From Sulfolobales archaeon HS-7 (GTDB lineage: Archaea > Thermoproteota > Thermoprotei_A > Sulfolobales > Sulfolobaceae): a stretch of 64,000 nt of DNA. The translations under genes were made by a program, and so were the position numbers. Below the pieces are notes generated by a model that ran no database searches, was not told where the DNA came from, and was given only the letters and a program-made list of their open reading frames with translations. The stretch covers positions 1,376,001-1,440,000 of the forward strand of contig AP024596.1 in NCBI GenBank assembly GCA_019704295.1, in the 5' to 3' direction. Shown here one piece after another: positions 42,300 to 53,168 of the stretch. The stretch's first letter is position 1; every line of letters starts with the position of its first letter.

Positions 42300-43358
42300 T
42301 TAAATATTATTATTTTGTATATTTTTGTAATGCCTTATAAGTAAGAATTGAGGCGTTCGTCTTTTACCGAACAATAGTGGCATGGTAATTGCGATTAAAC
42401 TGAAGCTAAATTCTGATATATTCATCTGCGAAATGAGAAGATATTTAATGAATTTAAACAGAAAATTTCCATATGATGGTAGTTTAACTTTGTAAGTACA
42501 ATTAAAATAATTATTATATATATATAAATATTTTTCTAAATTAATTATTAGTATCTCAACAACTCTTCTACAATTATTACAATTCTTCACTAATTTTAAG
42601 ATATTGTAGTAATCTTTCAAATCTCTGTTTGCTTTACAGATCGTCTTATGTTGAAACTCTACGAAATCGTTGTAACTAGAAAATTTTCCAAAGCTTGTAA
42701 TTCCAGAACCTACTCTGAAAAATGTTAATCTTCTGGAAACATGTAAAATATTACCTTCCAATAATGATATAAAAAATAGAGCTAAATCTGGAATATTATC
42801 AATACCTTCAATAAAACTCTTATACTTTATCAGAACATTTTTCCTTATACCCATTGAAGAGGTATTATGATGAATATTTGAATAATGCCTATATATAGAT
42901 AATATATTGTTTGAGTTTATAACCATATCTTCATGAGGTTGTCGTTCGTCCAGGGACTTAGCGTAAAAATTTTCTATTTTATTACCAATAATATCAATGT
43001 ATTGCTGATGATTGTGTATCATTACTATATCGTCATTTTTTTCAAAAATTCTCTTTATATATTCAATCTTATCACTCTTGAACATATCGTCATCTTCTAA
43101 GAAAAACACTATATCTATATCATTATTTAAATAGTCTATAGCAGCGGCGATTTTCTTTCCTATTGATGCATAACCCGCCTCAATAATATTGTAGTTTTGG
43201 AATCCTTTGATTAGTGGTAAGCCTTTTACGAATTCTACATTATCAGTTGTAATAATTACTTGTTCAGGAACAATGGTTTGGTTTAAAAGAGAACTTAATG
43301 CTTGAGCAATATAGTTGTAACGCTTATAAATGGTTACAATTACAGCAGACTTCATCAC
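42300..43358 (-). CDS. GT2 glycosyltransferase
   Basis: ALSSLLNQT, FFLEDDD. Confidence 0.85.
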   Translation of the reverse strand: MMKSAVIVTIYKRYNYIAQALSSLLNQTIVPEQVIITTDNVEFVKGLPLIKGFQNYNIIEAGYASIGKKIAAAIDYLNNDIDIVFFLEDDDMFKSDKIEYIKRIFEKNDDIVMIHNHQQYIDIIGNKIENFYAKSLDERQPHEDMVINSNNILSIYRHYSNIHHNTSSMGIRKNVLIKYKSFIEGIDNIPDLALFFISLLEGNILHVSRRLTFFRVGSGITSFGKFSSYNDFVEFQHKTICKANRDLKDYYNILKLVKNCNNCRRVVEILIINLEKYLYIYNNYFNCTYKVKLPSYGNFLFKFIKYLLISQMNISEFSFSLIAITMPLLFGKRRTPQFLLIRHYKNIQNNNI

Positions 43359-43615
43359 TTATAACATAAGAGTCTAATAGTTATAAGTTTCTTATGTTAA
43401 ACATGTTTGGCGTGCTCACTGTACTATCATTAAGATATCCTTTTTTGCATAACAACAATTACTTTTGGGTAGGAAGCGCTACACACTTAATTTCTAATAA
43501 GACTACTAGAACATCGAGTCCAGTGCACCACATATTTTGTTTTTCTTGAGATCAACATTCTTTCCTATAGGCATACGAGGCACTACTTTATGACGCGCTT
43601 ATAGACGTCTTCCAA

Positions 43616-43877
43616 TAATAAAATGTCTAGTACGTAATTAACGTGAATACCTAGATAAAGTAAAAAGTTATAAAACACCTCTGTTTAAGATTAAATTAGT
43701 TAAATTATGTTAAGGAAAATAACATAAAATTAGTTTATCATGAGTATTTGGAAGATATCTTGAAGTTTTCGAGAATCAAGACTAGAAACGAGTTTTTCTA
43801 GCCTGATTTTAAGTGGAGATTTCAGCGTTTACTAATGGACCCAAACCACTGAGCATTGTAAGGTGGGCCCAAGAGGC
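43616..43877 (-). mobile_element. right-end fragment of ISC1290-like IS
   Basis: Aligns with 57974-58240 (AAGTGGAGATTTCAGCG, TAAAGTAAAAAGTTATAAAACAC). Confidence 0.75.
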
Positions 43878-44024
43878 GTCGCATGCTTCTCCTTTAATAC
43901 GGCTTTGGGAATAATGGGTCCAAAATGACACTTACGACAACGTCACGGTGCTTGACGTTCTTAACCTTGGACAGCTTGTGCTTCTTTATAACTAAACCCT
44001 TATACGCGCGATCTATAATAATAA

Positions 44025-45309
44025 TGTGACAGTGTCTAATATGCAATAAATGTAATCTAGTTTATTAAGTAAATTTTTATGGTAAAAATAAACACCAAGA
44101 ACTTAACTAACGGGATAATACTTAAGGGAAATTACGCCTAGGTTATACCGTGATCTACATTTATTCCGACGTAATCCCCCAAGAGTTGGGTTGGAAGAGT
44201 AAATCCCTTTTGGAGTGCGAGGAAATCCTGAGTAAGTTACAGGACGTAATTGTCAGGGAGTTCAAGGACCGCGAGTTCTCCAAGTACGAACGCGGTGTAC
44301 TTGAAGATGCTGATCGTGAGGGTGCTTTTCGGAGAGTCGTATAGGGGAGTAATTGAGCTAGCGGTTACCAATGAAGTGGTCAAGGTTTTCCTTGGCGTTA
44401 AAGATGTTCCGTCTAAGTCCTCGTTGCACTGGTTTGTGTATGAATACGACGATAGAATTAGGGATCTGCTCCTCAAGGTCTTCAGGAGATTGGAGTCGCG
44501 AGTTAAAGAGGAGCGACTTCCACCATTTCTTAGCTAAGGAGAAGTTCGGAATGCAAAGGTTGATGGACAGCTTTCCCGTGGAGCTTCCTCACGGGGAGAA
44601 GATCGTCGAAACGCACATAGAGAATCTTGTACTGGATCTCAGGGAAATTGATCCAAGAAAGAAACCTCATGAAGTACTTGCGTCTCTCGATGAGAGGAAA
44701 AGGAAGAAACTCTTCTCCCATTTCCCTGGAAATTACACGATAGTGAACACGAGGGTAGCTGGGGAAGAAGTGGGGGAAAAGCCTGTTCGGGGGGAAGTGC
44801 TTCGCCGAGATCTCCTTAAGACCCTCATGGTTTGCAAGGTTAAGATAGTTCCGGCTAAAGTTTCAACTTTAAGTCTCCTATCTGCAACGTGATCACGCTC
44901 GCGGACAGGGGGTTTTCAGAGAGAGGCAAGGTGATCAGAGTCAAGAGGGGCTTGGGAATACTGAGAGGTGGTGTAGAGTTCTTTGACACTTTCCTCAGAA
45001 CGTGAGGCCTTACGCGAGGAGCATGAGGGGATTTAACGTCTTTGCCAGCCTCTTTGGCCTGGCTTACAATATTCAGCGGTTCAGATCCGTTAAAAAGCGC
45101 TAAGATCTCCAGTTAAAACCCCGCTAGAGAAGCTCGTCCCTAGCCTTGATCCTCGAAAGTATAGAGATTAGTTGCTAGTGTACTTAATAAACTGATTTTA
45201 TATTGTTTCTTCACTAGTAATTAAACGAATTTAATTCTAAACTTACGTATTTTATAACTTTTTACTTTATCTAGTTATTCACATTAATTACACATTGGAC
45301 ACTGTCACG
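44025..45309 (+). mobile_element. ~1.28 kb IS (ISC1290-like, IS5 family by inference), frameshifted transposase
   Basis: TIR GTGACAGTGTCTAAT / ATTGGACACTGTCAC; ADRGF-containing fragments; inverted paralogue at 57974-59246. Confidence 0.85.
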
Positions 45310-45448
45310 TGATTTTCCCCTAATTTAGAAATCATCTTATCCCTGGTGAAATTGATAAAACAAGACTACCTTAAAAAAAGAATATTCCTACATTTTCTTG
45401 CTTGTTCTAATTGTTTATATAAAAAATTCCTTATAAACATAGATAATT

Positions 45449-47749
45449 CTAAATTAATTTTAGATTAAATAAGAGTTTTTTATTTTCTATAATTATGACT
45501 AGTATAATTAATACGATAAGCAAAATAGTATAAAAAATAACTAGTATGTCATTTAATGAACTGTAAACATAATCTAGCTTTATATTAGAATTAGTTATAA
45601 CTACGAAACTTTCATTGGAATATACAGGTATAACTTCGTTACTTCCACTTGTTTTTAAGAACCTATTCATATCTTCAATATAGCTATATCTAAATATTAT
45701 AGGAAATTCAAACTTCTTATCAGTATTCTTAGTAATAATGACTTGATTTGATCCAATTTGTTTTATTTTTAAGGAAGGTATATTCTTAACATAAATAACT
45801 GAAATATTCTTTGTAGTAAAAAATATAGAGTAGTTTGTAATACTATTTAGTACTTCTTTCTCATATTTTATTGATAATATTGCTGCTTCAGAATAATTCA
45901 CTCCAGTTATATTCAAGGATCTAGCTAGCAAATTTAGCTTATAGGGATACTCGCCTTGTGGCTGAGGACTCCAGAGAGGCCCTGAAATATTTACAAATAT
46001 AATATATCTAACCGGGCTAGCTTCCTCTTCGTCAGAAAAGTTATATACAATGATCTTACTATTATTAAATATAACTGGATACTTTTGTAAAATCTGTTCG
46101 AATTTATATATTTCTTGGGAAGTAGGATAGGGGTAAAAGTCGTGAGGGATCACATTTTTTGTTAGGATAATGTAGTTTATACCAAGTATTTTCGCTGCAT
46201 TTATAACTGGTTCTAGAGAGGAATTAGGGTTGATAGGATAAATGGTAATAAACCATTCTAGAGAGTTTTTATTATAAGGAAAATAGGAATTATAGACATC
46301 CCCCTTTATTAAGGTGCTCCAAAATCCAGCGCCTACATATTGATTGTTTTGGGAGAAATTATATGCTACATAAACTCCACTTGAAGGAAGAACTAAAATT
46401 TGTGGATTTATGTCGGGTCCTCTATCTACGACTTGAGCTACCTGGTAAAGATAGTTAGGAGGATTCCACGCCTCTGCCTTCGTTATAGAGCCGGTGTAAA
46501 AGGGGTATACCTGAGCAGCAACAATTAACAAAACACATATAATGATAATAATCTTTTTCGGCACATTTAATTTTATATTAACAAAGCTAACTGAAAGTGA
46601 CAGTGTAACACTAAGCACAATGAAAAATGTAAAAGATAACCAAGGTATGTCTAAACTCCATAGGTAAGGAGTATTAGCGTAGATTTGAATGTACTGGGGA
46701 TAAATGTAGGGCAATGCCAACCAAAGATCTAAAAGGAGAAACATGAAACAAGTTATTATTTTAAGTTTATTTGCTTTATAAAATATAAAATCAATAAAAA
46801 TTAATATCTGTATTAGTAAATTTGTATATATAAGAAAATCAGTATTATTATTAAAGAATGTATTCGGATAATACGTAAGAGTAAGTGCGTGAAATATATT
46901 ACCTTGGAATGAGTCGATATATGCTTTCAATACTGCCACATAATACCTTTTTCCAATACTGGAGGGAAATACGTTTAATGCCGATATATATGATGAGAGA
47001 TAACTGAAAACATTAAGAACAATTACTGTAATTACTGACATCATTAATATTTTAAGCTTGGATTTTATGTTTTGTTTTGAGATTAACATAAGTCCGAAAA
47101 AGAAGATGGCAACGACGAGATATGCTACAAGAACAAGGGTTAAAATAGAATCAACCGATATTACGAGCAGGATAGACGCTATAATAACCTTTAGTGATTT
47201 TGTTATAAAATTATAATTATCTATAAATACTGAATAAATAAAATATAGTACCCAAGGAAATAAAGCATGAAAAGGAATAAACGTGCTAGGAAGCAAAAGT
47301 ATATCATAATATAAATTAATTCCAGAATTAAAGAAAACCTCTGCCAAGATCACCAAACAAAAGAAGAACATGTTAGGTTTAGTAGAATTTCTAATTATGT
47401 TATCATACGCTATTAGGGAGATTGCAACGTTTCCGATAAGAGTGGTAATTAGCATACTAGTGATCTCATCGTATTTACCCAGGAATAGAAAAAACATTAA
47501 TGAAAAAATATCGATTATTACGTTGTTACTTATAGAGCCGCCGTTTACGTTTGTGAAGAATAACTGATAGTTGCAAAGGTAGTTAAAGCTTAAGGGGAAA
47601 ATATTATCGCCGTAACTATAAAATATATATCTATGATATAATATTATTATAGTAGCTAAGGATGATAATAATGCCGTAGCTAACACAAACACATATTTTC
47701 TAGTAAGATAAGTCGTTAGCGCCCTGGCACTTAGTGAAGGCATGAACAA
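45449..47749 (-). CDS. large polytopic membrane protein with an extracellular C-terminal half (GT-C-like by inference)
   Basis: Many TM segments, early YGD, then R/QILVLP and LGINYIIL; many N-X-S/T sequons; very AT-rich. Confidence 0.55.
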   Translation of the reverse strand: MFMPSLSARALTTYLTRKYVFVLATALLSSLATIIILYHRYIFYSYGDNIFPLSFNYLCNYQLFFTNVNGGSISNNVIIDIFSLMFFLFLGKYDEITSMLITTLIGNVAISLIAYDNIIRNSTKPNMFFFCLVILAEVFFNSGINLYYDILLLPSTFIPFHALFPWVLYFIYSVFIDNYNFITKSLKVIIASILLVISVDSILTLVLVAYLVVAIFFFGLMLISKQNIKSKLKILMMSVITVIVLNVFSYLSSYISALNVFPSSIGKRYYVAVLKAYIDSFQGNIFHALTLTYYPNTFFNNNTDFLIYTNLLIQILIFIDFIFYKANKLKIITCFMFLLLDLWLALPYIYPQYIQIYANTPYLWSLDIPWLSFTFFIVLSVTLSLSVSFVNIKLNVPKKIIIIICVLLIVAAQVYPFYTGSITKAEAWNPPNYLYQVAQVVDRGPDINPQILVLPSSGVYVAYNFSQNNQYVGAGFWSTLIKGDVYNSYFPYNKNSLEWFITIYPINPNSSLEPVINAAKILGINYIILTKNVIPHDFYPYPTSQEIYKFEQILQKYPVIFNNSKIIVYNFSDEEEASPVRYIIFVNISGPLWSPQPQGEYPYKLNLLARSLNITGVNYSEAAILSIKYEKEVLNSITNYSIFFTTKNISVIYVKNIPSLKIKQIGSNQVIITKNTDKKFEFPIIFRYSYIEDMNRFLKTSGSNEVIPVYSNESFVVITNSNIKLDYVYSSLNDILVIFYTILLIVLIILVIIIENKKLLFNLKLI

Positions 47750-47787
47750 CTTATTAATTTTTTAGTAATAAGCATTTTTAGGGCTGA

Positions 47788-48672
47788 ATGGATATAGCGT
47801 CATGTATAGTCACTTATAATCCTGATTATGAACTCTTAGAATCAACATTACATAAATTGAAAACCTCGGGATGTGTGTCAATAGTAATTGATAATACTGG
47901 GACACATAATAAGAATATCGACTCCGATATATTAATTTATAATTACAAAAACTTCGGTTTAGGAAAGGCTTATAATCAGTGTCTGGAAATAGCAAAAAAA
48001 GATGGGTATGAGTGGCTATTATTATTAGATCAGGACTCAAGACTAAATGACCAATTTAATCCACATGAGCCAGTCCAGAAATTAGCAAAATACCAAGATT
48101 TTTACATAAAAACTGCAATACTTAGTATAAATAAAGATATTTCAACTAAAATCTTAAAATTAAATGATGACTTTTACTTAACTAAATACGTAGTAGGTAG
48201 CGGCTCGATGCTAGAAGTAAATAAGTGTTATTCGGACCCGTTTCTTGAAAACCTTTTTCTCTATAGTATTGACATAGAATATTCAGTTAGAATGAGAAAA
48301 AAGGGATATTTTCTACTTTCATATTCTAAACAGATGATAGATTACACCATGGGCCAAGAAATTAGGATGTTTAAAAGAAGGTTCAACACTCTAACATTTA
48401 AGATACTTAGCAAGTTGTTACATAAAGACTTAACTAGATACCCATATTATAAGAATACTAACAGGTATTATTTAATGCTAAGAAATGATCTATATTTGCT
48501 CCTGAGAAGAAAAGTAGACATTTCATATGTTAGATATATTCCTCTGTTGATAGCATATATAAATGAGACCGACGGATTTTTAAACGGAAATATCAAGGTC
48601 TTAAAGGCGGTTCTCCATTCCATTAAGGGAGATCTTGATAAAGATAACTTAGAAACAACAAGTGCACTTTAG
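47788..48672 (+). CDS. GT2 glycosyltransferase, rhamnosyltransferase-like
   Basis: IVTYNPD, IDN, N.GLGKAYN, LLLDQDS, LFL..ID.EY, RYYLMLRN. Confidence 0.85.
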   Translation: MDIASCIVTYNPDYELLESTLHKLKTSGCVSIVIDNTGTHNKNIDSDILIYNYKNFGLGKAYNQCLEIAKKDGYEWLLLLDQDSRLNDQFNPHEPVQKLAKYQDFYIKTAILSINKDISTKILKLNDDFYLTKYVVGSGSMLEVNKCYSDPFLENLFLYSIDIEYSVRMRKKGYFLLSYSKQMIDYTMGQEIRMFKRRFNTLTFKILSKLLHKDLTRYPYYKNTNRYYLMLRNDLYLLLRRKVDISYVRYIPLLIAYINETDGFLNGNIKVLKAVLHSIKGDLDKDNLETTSAL

Positions 48673-48681
48673 TGTTGTGAA

Positions 48682-49725
48682 ATGATGAAGGTAGTTTTTT
48701 TTAACATACCCCATTTAAGTGTTCAAAGAGGAGGAGAATTCTGGGAAAGAAGAGTTATAGAATATCTCAATTCCTTAGGGGAAATAAAAGCATCGCTAAT
48801 AACAACAGATTGCTGTTTAGTTAGCGAAATAAAACCAAATTTCGATTACGATGTTATAAAATTTAAGAAATTACTCTTTTTTAATTTATATGATTTTAAC
48901 GAGCTTTATCAAAAAATTCAAGATGCAGATATTTTATATTATTTTAATAGTTTTGTAGGAAGTCAGATTCCTCTTCTAATAAACAGAGAGAAGATCAAGG
49001 CTAAGTTAGTATTGGGATATCATGCTAAGAACGATTGGAACTTTTTACAAAGAATGTACTATCGCCTACTAGACTTTAAGATGAAAAATATTGGATATCA
49101 TCACGTATTGACTGAGTATCAGTCAAACTTATTGAAAAAGAGAGGTTATAAAAATGTTTTCATCATACCTAATTTTATAAATTTAAGTGAATTTAATCTA
49201 AATAAAGAAGATAAATCGTTTAGAGAGATAGTTGCGCCGGGGGCTACAACAATAGAGAAAGGGATAGATACATTACTATTTGTATCAAAATATTTTAGCG
49301 ATATAAAATTCTATATCACAGGTAGAGAAATAAGTTACAAATTACCTGATAATGTAATCTTTTCAGGACAATTAAATAGAGAGAAATATATTGAATTGCT
49401 AAAAAGAACCTCGATATGCTTGCTACCTACCAGAGGAGAAACATTTAGTATTTCTCTTTTAGAATGTATGGCCGCTGGGAACCTGATTGTAACCAGAGAC
49501 CTACCTGTGCTTAGAGAAGTATCTAGAAATGCAGAAACAGTTTTCTTTTCGAGAAAGAATCAAGATTTCATAATGAATATTAAAAAAGCTCTTTCCTTAG
49601 CTCACGCTGAGATTCCAGCACAAAAATCAATAGACGTAGCTAAGATGTATGACGAAAATGTAGTATTAAAAAAGCTGTATGAAAAGCTAATTTCTATTGG
49701 AGAGGGACAACAAGCAGGAGGGTAA
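48682..49725 (+). CDS. GT4 glycosyltransferase
   Basis: GGE, IPNF, EKG.D, ETFSISLLECMAAG. Confidence 0.88.
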   Translation: MMKVVFFNIPHLSVQRGGEFWERRVIEYLNSLGEIKASLITTDCCLVSEIKPNFDYDVIKFKKLLFFNLYDFNELYQKIQDADILYYFNSFVGSQIPLLINREKIKAKLVLGYHAKNDWNFLQRMYYRLLDFKMKNIGYHHVLTEYQSNLLKKRGYKNVFIIPNFINLSEFNLNKEDKSFREIVAPGATTIEKGIDTLLFVSKYFSDIKFYITGREISYKLPDNVIFSGQLNREKYIELLKRTSICLLPTRGETFSISLLECMAAGNLIVTRDLPVLREVSRNAETVFFSRKNQDFIMNIKKALSLAHAEIPAQKSIDVAKMYDENVVLKKLYEKLISIGEGQQAGG

Positions 49726-49759
49726 TAATGAAATAGAATTAAAAGTCTATTAGTTTATA

Positions 49760-50659
49760 TTATTTTTGAAATCTTTTATAATTATCCTTTTGTAGATCTC
49801 CTATTACTCCATGTAGAGCACCACTGATAAATAGTTTTACGCCTTCAATACCCATTCTATCATAGATAACAAAGAAATCTCCTATAATTATTTTGACCCA
49901 TGATAAAGGGACTTTTTCTCTTAATAAAAGCCAGATATCATTCCTCACTAATAAATAATACCTTACCTTGTTAGAATAGAAAAGATATGTAAATCGAGTG
50001 TAATCCCAATCCTTGTGTAGAAAAAACAACACTTTTACATAGAGTTTACCTAAAAAAGTCTTGTAACTTTGCCCTCTCTCTCCAGGCTTATGTTTTATCA
50101 TCTGTTCCCGATATACAAGGATTTTAAAGCCTTTCCTTACGCTTCTAAGGCAATATTCACTATCAATTCTGTCCAAAAATAACTCCTCGCAGAAAGGTTC
50201 GGAAATCCCGTAACTAACATTTAATATCATTCCGCTGTTAACAACCATTTTTCCCTCATAAAAATCTTCTTTAATGATATTTTTTATATATACAGAATTT
50301 AACGGATTTATACTTATAATAACAATTTTTTCATCTTTTATTGCCCTAACTTTGTCAATTATCATGTTAGGGTTAAAATTATCTAAAATACCCGTGTCTT
50401 GATCTAAAAACATTATCCATTCTTGGTTTAAGTCCTTAGCCAATTTAATGGCAAAATTATACGCCTTTCCAACACCATAGTTCCTATCAAATTTGAAGAG
50501 ATAATCTATGAGACCTCCTAATTTCTCAATTTCCATCTGATTAGAAGAGTTGTTATCAATAACGGCTATTTTGAGAGAACTGTCTATCCTTTTTATTTTT
50601 GTGACTGTATTTATCAAATCATTCAAATTAGGATTGAAAGTGACTATAGTGATTAGCAT
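49760..50659 (-). CDS. GT2 glycosyltransferase, rhamnosyltransferase-like (paralogue of 47788)
   Basis: IVTFNPN, IDNNS, NYGVGKAYN, FLDQDT, LFLD.ID.EY, RYYLLVRN. Confidence 0.85.
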   Translation of the reverse strand: MLITIVTFNPNLNDLINTVTKIKRIDSSLKIAVIDNNSSNQMEIEKLGGLIDYLFKFDRNYGVGKAYNFAIKLAKDLNQEWIMFLDQDTGILDNFNPNMIIDKVRAIKDEKIVIISINPLNSVYIKNIIKEDFYEGKMVVNSGMILNVSYGISEPFCEELFLDRIDSEYCLRSVRKGFKILVYREQMIKHKPGERGQSYKTFLGKLYVKVLFFLHKDWDYTRFTYLFYSNKVRYYLLVRNDIWLLLREKVPLSWVKIIIGDFFVIYDRMGIEGVKLFISGALHGVIGDLQKDNYKRFQK

Positions 50660-50719
50660 CTCGTAGTTAATAGATGATCGAAATACAAGACTTATAAATT
50701 TTAATAAATGGTTAGACGG

Positions 50720-51079
50720 AGAGACAACGCTCAGCGTATAATAAATGTGAATAACTAAATAAACTAAGAAGTTATAAAATACGTCTTTCTGCTATTAAAT
50801 CGTTCAATTACGAGGAAAGGAGTAATATAAAGTAAGTTTATTAAGCCAACTCGCGAACAATAACGTATTCCTCAAGACAGGAGTTTTGAGCGAGATGAGT
50901 TCAAAGGTTACAAGGAGTAGAGCTGGATACTTTAAGCTTAGGAAGCCAGCAAAGGAGTTTAATCTCTCGTAATTCCCCACACTATTGTCATGATTATATG
51001 TTCTAGATAGATAATTCCTTATATTTTAAAACTCAGTTAATAAAGTAAATTACATCTGTTCCATATTGGACATGCCACA
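50720..51079 (-). mobile_element. ~360-bp MITE derived from the ISC1290-like IS (degenerate)
   Basis: Ends match the IS ends; interior resembles 61190-61554. Confidence 0.7.
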
Positions 51080-51140
51080 AGAATCATCGATTCAAAATAG
51101 TGACGATAAAACTTTTATAATATATAAAAATATCGCTTTT

Positions 51141-51900
51141 ATGGATGAGTCATCCGAGATTTTTACTTATGAGAGAAAAGCCTATGAAGGTACTTTAGAT
51201 GAAGAATTAAAAAATAAATTTGAAATAGATAATAAGCAAATATTATATTATATAATAAAGGAATTAAAATCTTTATTTCCTAATGGTATTAATAATATCT
51301 TAGACGTAGGTGGAGGAATTGACCCAACACTCAATTCTATAACGCAACACGTTAAAATAAATAACGCTTATAGCACAGATTTATATGTGCCACCCGATTA
51401 TATTTAGAAAGTTCTACATAATATAAAATTTATAAATAGTACAGCATATGATTTAAGTAAAATATTTGAAGAAAAATTTTTTCGACGTAGTGCTACTAAT
51501 TGATGTAATAGAATATTTATTTTACACAGATAGAACTTTAAGCGTGTTAAAAGGTATTTTCAAAAAGTCTTAGTAATATCCACTTCTAATCTTTCCTCTT
51601 TTATAAACAGGTTATTATTATTTGGATATCAGCCTCTCGGAACAGAGGTATCTACAAGCAAGCATTATGGAAGACCTCGTAAATATGATTTAAGTGAAGG
51701 AGTAGCTGGACATATCAGAGTGTTTACTTATAAAGCATTAAATGAATTTTTAAGCTACAACGAATTTGAAATCATATACCGCGATAAACAACTGGCCCAG
51801 GGAATATAATTTCTTACATAAAATAGAGAAATTTCTTTTAATTGTCAATAAATCGTTTGGTTCTAGAACTTTAGTCGTTTGTAGAAAGATAAAAGATTAA
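51141..51900 (+). pseudogene. class I SAM methyltransferase pseudogene (paralogue of 57123)
   Basis: ILDVGGG; in-frame TAG at 51405; frameshifts; later IST.NL.S..NR, GYQP, GHIRVFT. Confidence 0.8.
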
Positions 51901-51922
51901 TCCTGAGGAGCAACTAGGGGAG

Positions 51923-52828
51923 CTATGAGTACTTAATCTCGTCAGAGTTTATTAATCCGTCAAGCAATCCATCAAGTACTGCCTTAACTCCTTTCAATCC
52001 CCTTCCTGATTTATTTGCAACGTATAACCAATAAATTACATATATTGGAAGAGAAAAATAAAAGGTAATCCTTTCAGAAGGAGGATCAAGATCTCTGTGG
52101 AGAACGATCTTTGACCTCATTGCATAGTATAACCTCATTTCGTTATATCTTTTCACTCCTTCTTTGGGATCTACATCATGATATACCCTAGCATAGCCTA
52201 ATGTGATGTTTTTATAACCAAGCTTCTTTATTTTATATTGTAAGTATCCATCTTCTCCATTCCAAGGTATTCTTTTCCAAGGTATTAACCCTGCTCTCTT
52301 TACCGCATCCATCTTGAACATATAACTGTTAGCAAATACATCCACTTCTATTACCTTCCCTTCTAGACCCTTACAAGAAAAACCAGTATATAAGGAGACC
52401 GTTCTCCTCATAAACTTAGAGAACACTGCACCGGCATACATAATCTTTTCTGGCATCGTGTAATAGCAAGTGACCGGGGCTACTGTTCCAACATCTTCAT
52501 GCTCTTCAGCATAGTTTAAAAGTTTTTCAATTGTGTTCCCTTCTACTACATTATCATCGTCGATAAAGAAAATGTAATCTCCCTCAGAAGCCTCTATTGC
52601 GTCATTTCTTGATTTAGCTACTAATGTGGGTCTCTCATGCTTTATGTACCTTACCTCTGAAAATTCATTTCTTATCATTTCCTCGGTACCGTCAGTTGAG
52701 GCGTCATCTACAACTATAACTTCAAAGTCCTTAAAGGTGGAGTCCTTAAGGGAATTTAATAGTCTTTTAAGTTTTTCCCTTCTGTTATAGGTAGGAATTG
52801 CTACGCTTACTTTTACCATTAATTTCAC
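51923..52828 (-). CDS. GT2 glycosyltransferase
   Basis: VAIPTYNR, VVDDASTDGT, FIDDDN, GED. Confidence 0.9.
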   Translation of the reverse strand: MKLMVKVSVAIPTYNRREKLKRLLNSLKDSTFKDFEVIVVDDASTDGTEEMIRNEFSEVRYIKHERPTLVAKSRNDAIEASEGDYIFFIDDDNVVEGNTIEKLLNYAEEHEDVGTVAPVTCYYTMPEKIMYAGAVFSKFMRRTVSLYTGFSCKGLEGKVIEVDVFANSYMFKMDAVKRAGLIPWKRIPWNGEDGYLQYKIKKLGYKNITLGYARVYHDVDPKEGVKRYNEMRLYYAMRSKIVLHRDLDPPSERITFYFSLPIYVIYWLYVANKSGRGLKGVKAVLDGLLDGLINSDEIKYS

Positions 52829-52969
52829 ATAAAATTCCAGTTTAATATAATTTTTGTTCTATGTCGTTTTTAACTTTCAAGAATTTTAATTATTCAAATC
52901 TAACCCCAAACCTTATATAAGTTATTCTCAACATCAAGATATTCCATCCTACGAATGTTCCAGCAAGTT

Positions 52970-53148
52970 CTTCCATGGGGAAAACGCGTACCACTAGGGA
53001 TGAGGATAGCCAGTCAATGCAAGCGTTTAGTTGCTAAGAAGTCCAAGTTGCCCAAGGCAAGAAACGCCAAGGACTAAGATGTTGATGCAAGCAGGGTTCT
53101 GGTCTTGATTTTCCCATAGCTGTGTTAGAGGCAAAGAGTGTAATGCCT
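52970..53148 (+). mobile_element. 179-bp CT-core mini-element (IS110-like)
   Basis: CT|TCCATGGGGAAAACGCGT...GTTAGAGGCAAAGAGTGTAATGC|CT. Confidence 0.8.
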
Positions 53149-53168
53149 TGATAGAAAGAAGATATGAG

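Noticed and set aside
44150-45100. Programmed frameshifting in the IS transposase
   Set aside because: The two copies are broken at partly different positions, consistent with decay.
51400-51580. Phase variation at the A5T6 tract or stop readthrough in the methyltransferase
   Set aside because: It carries an in-frame TAG plus several independent frameshifts; ordinary pseudogene.
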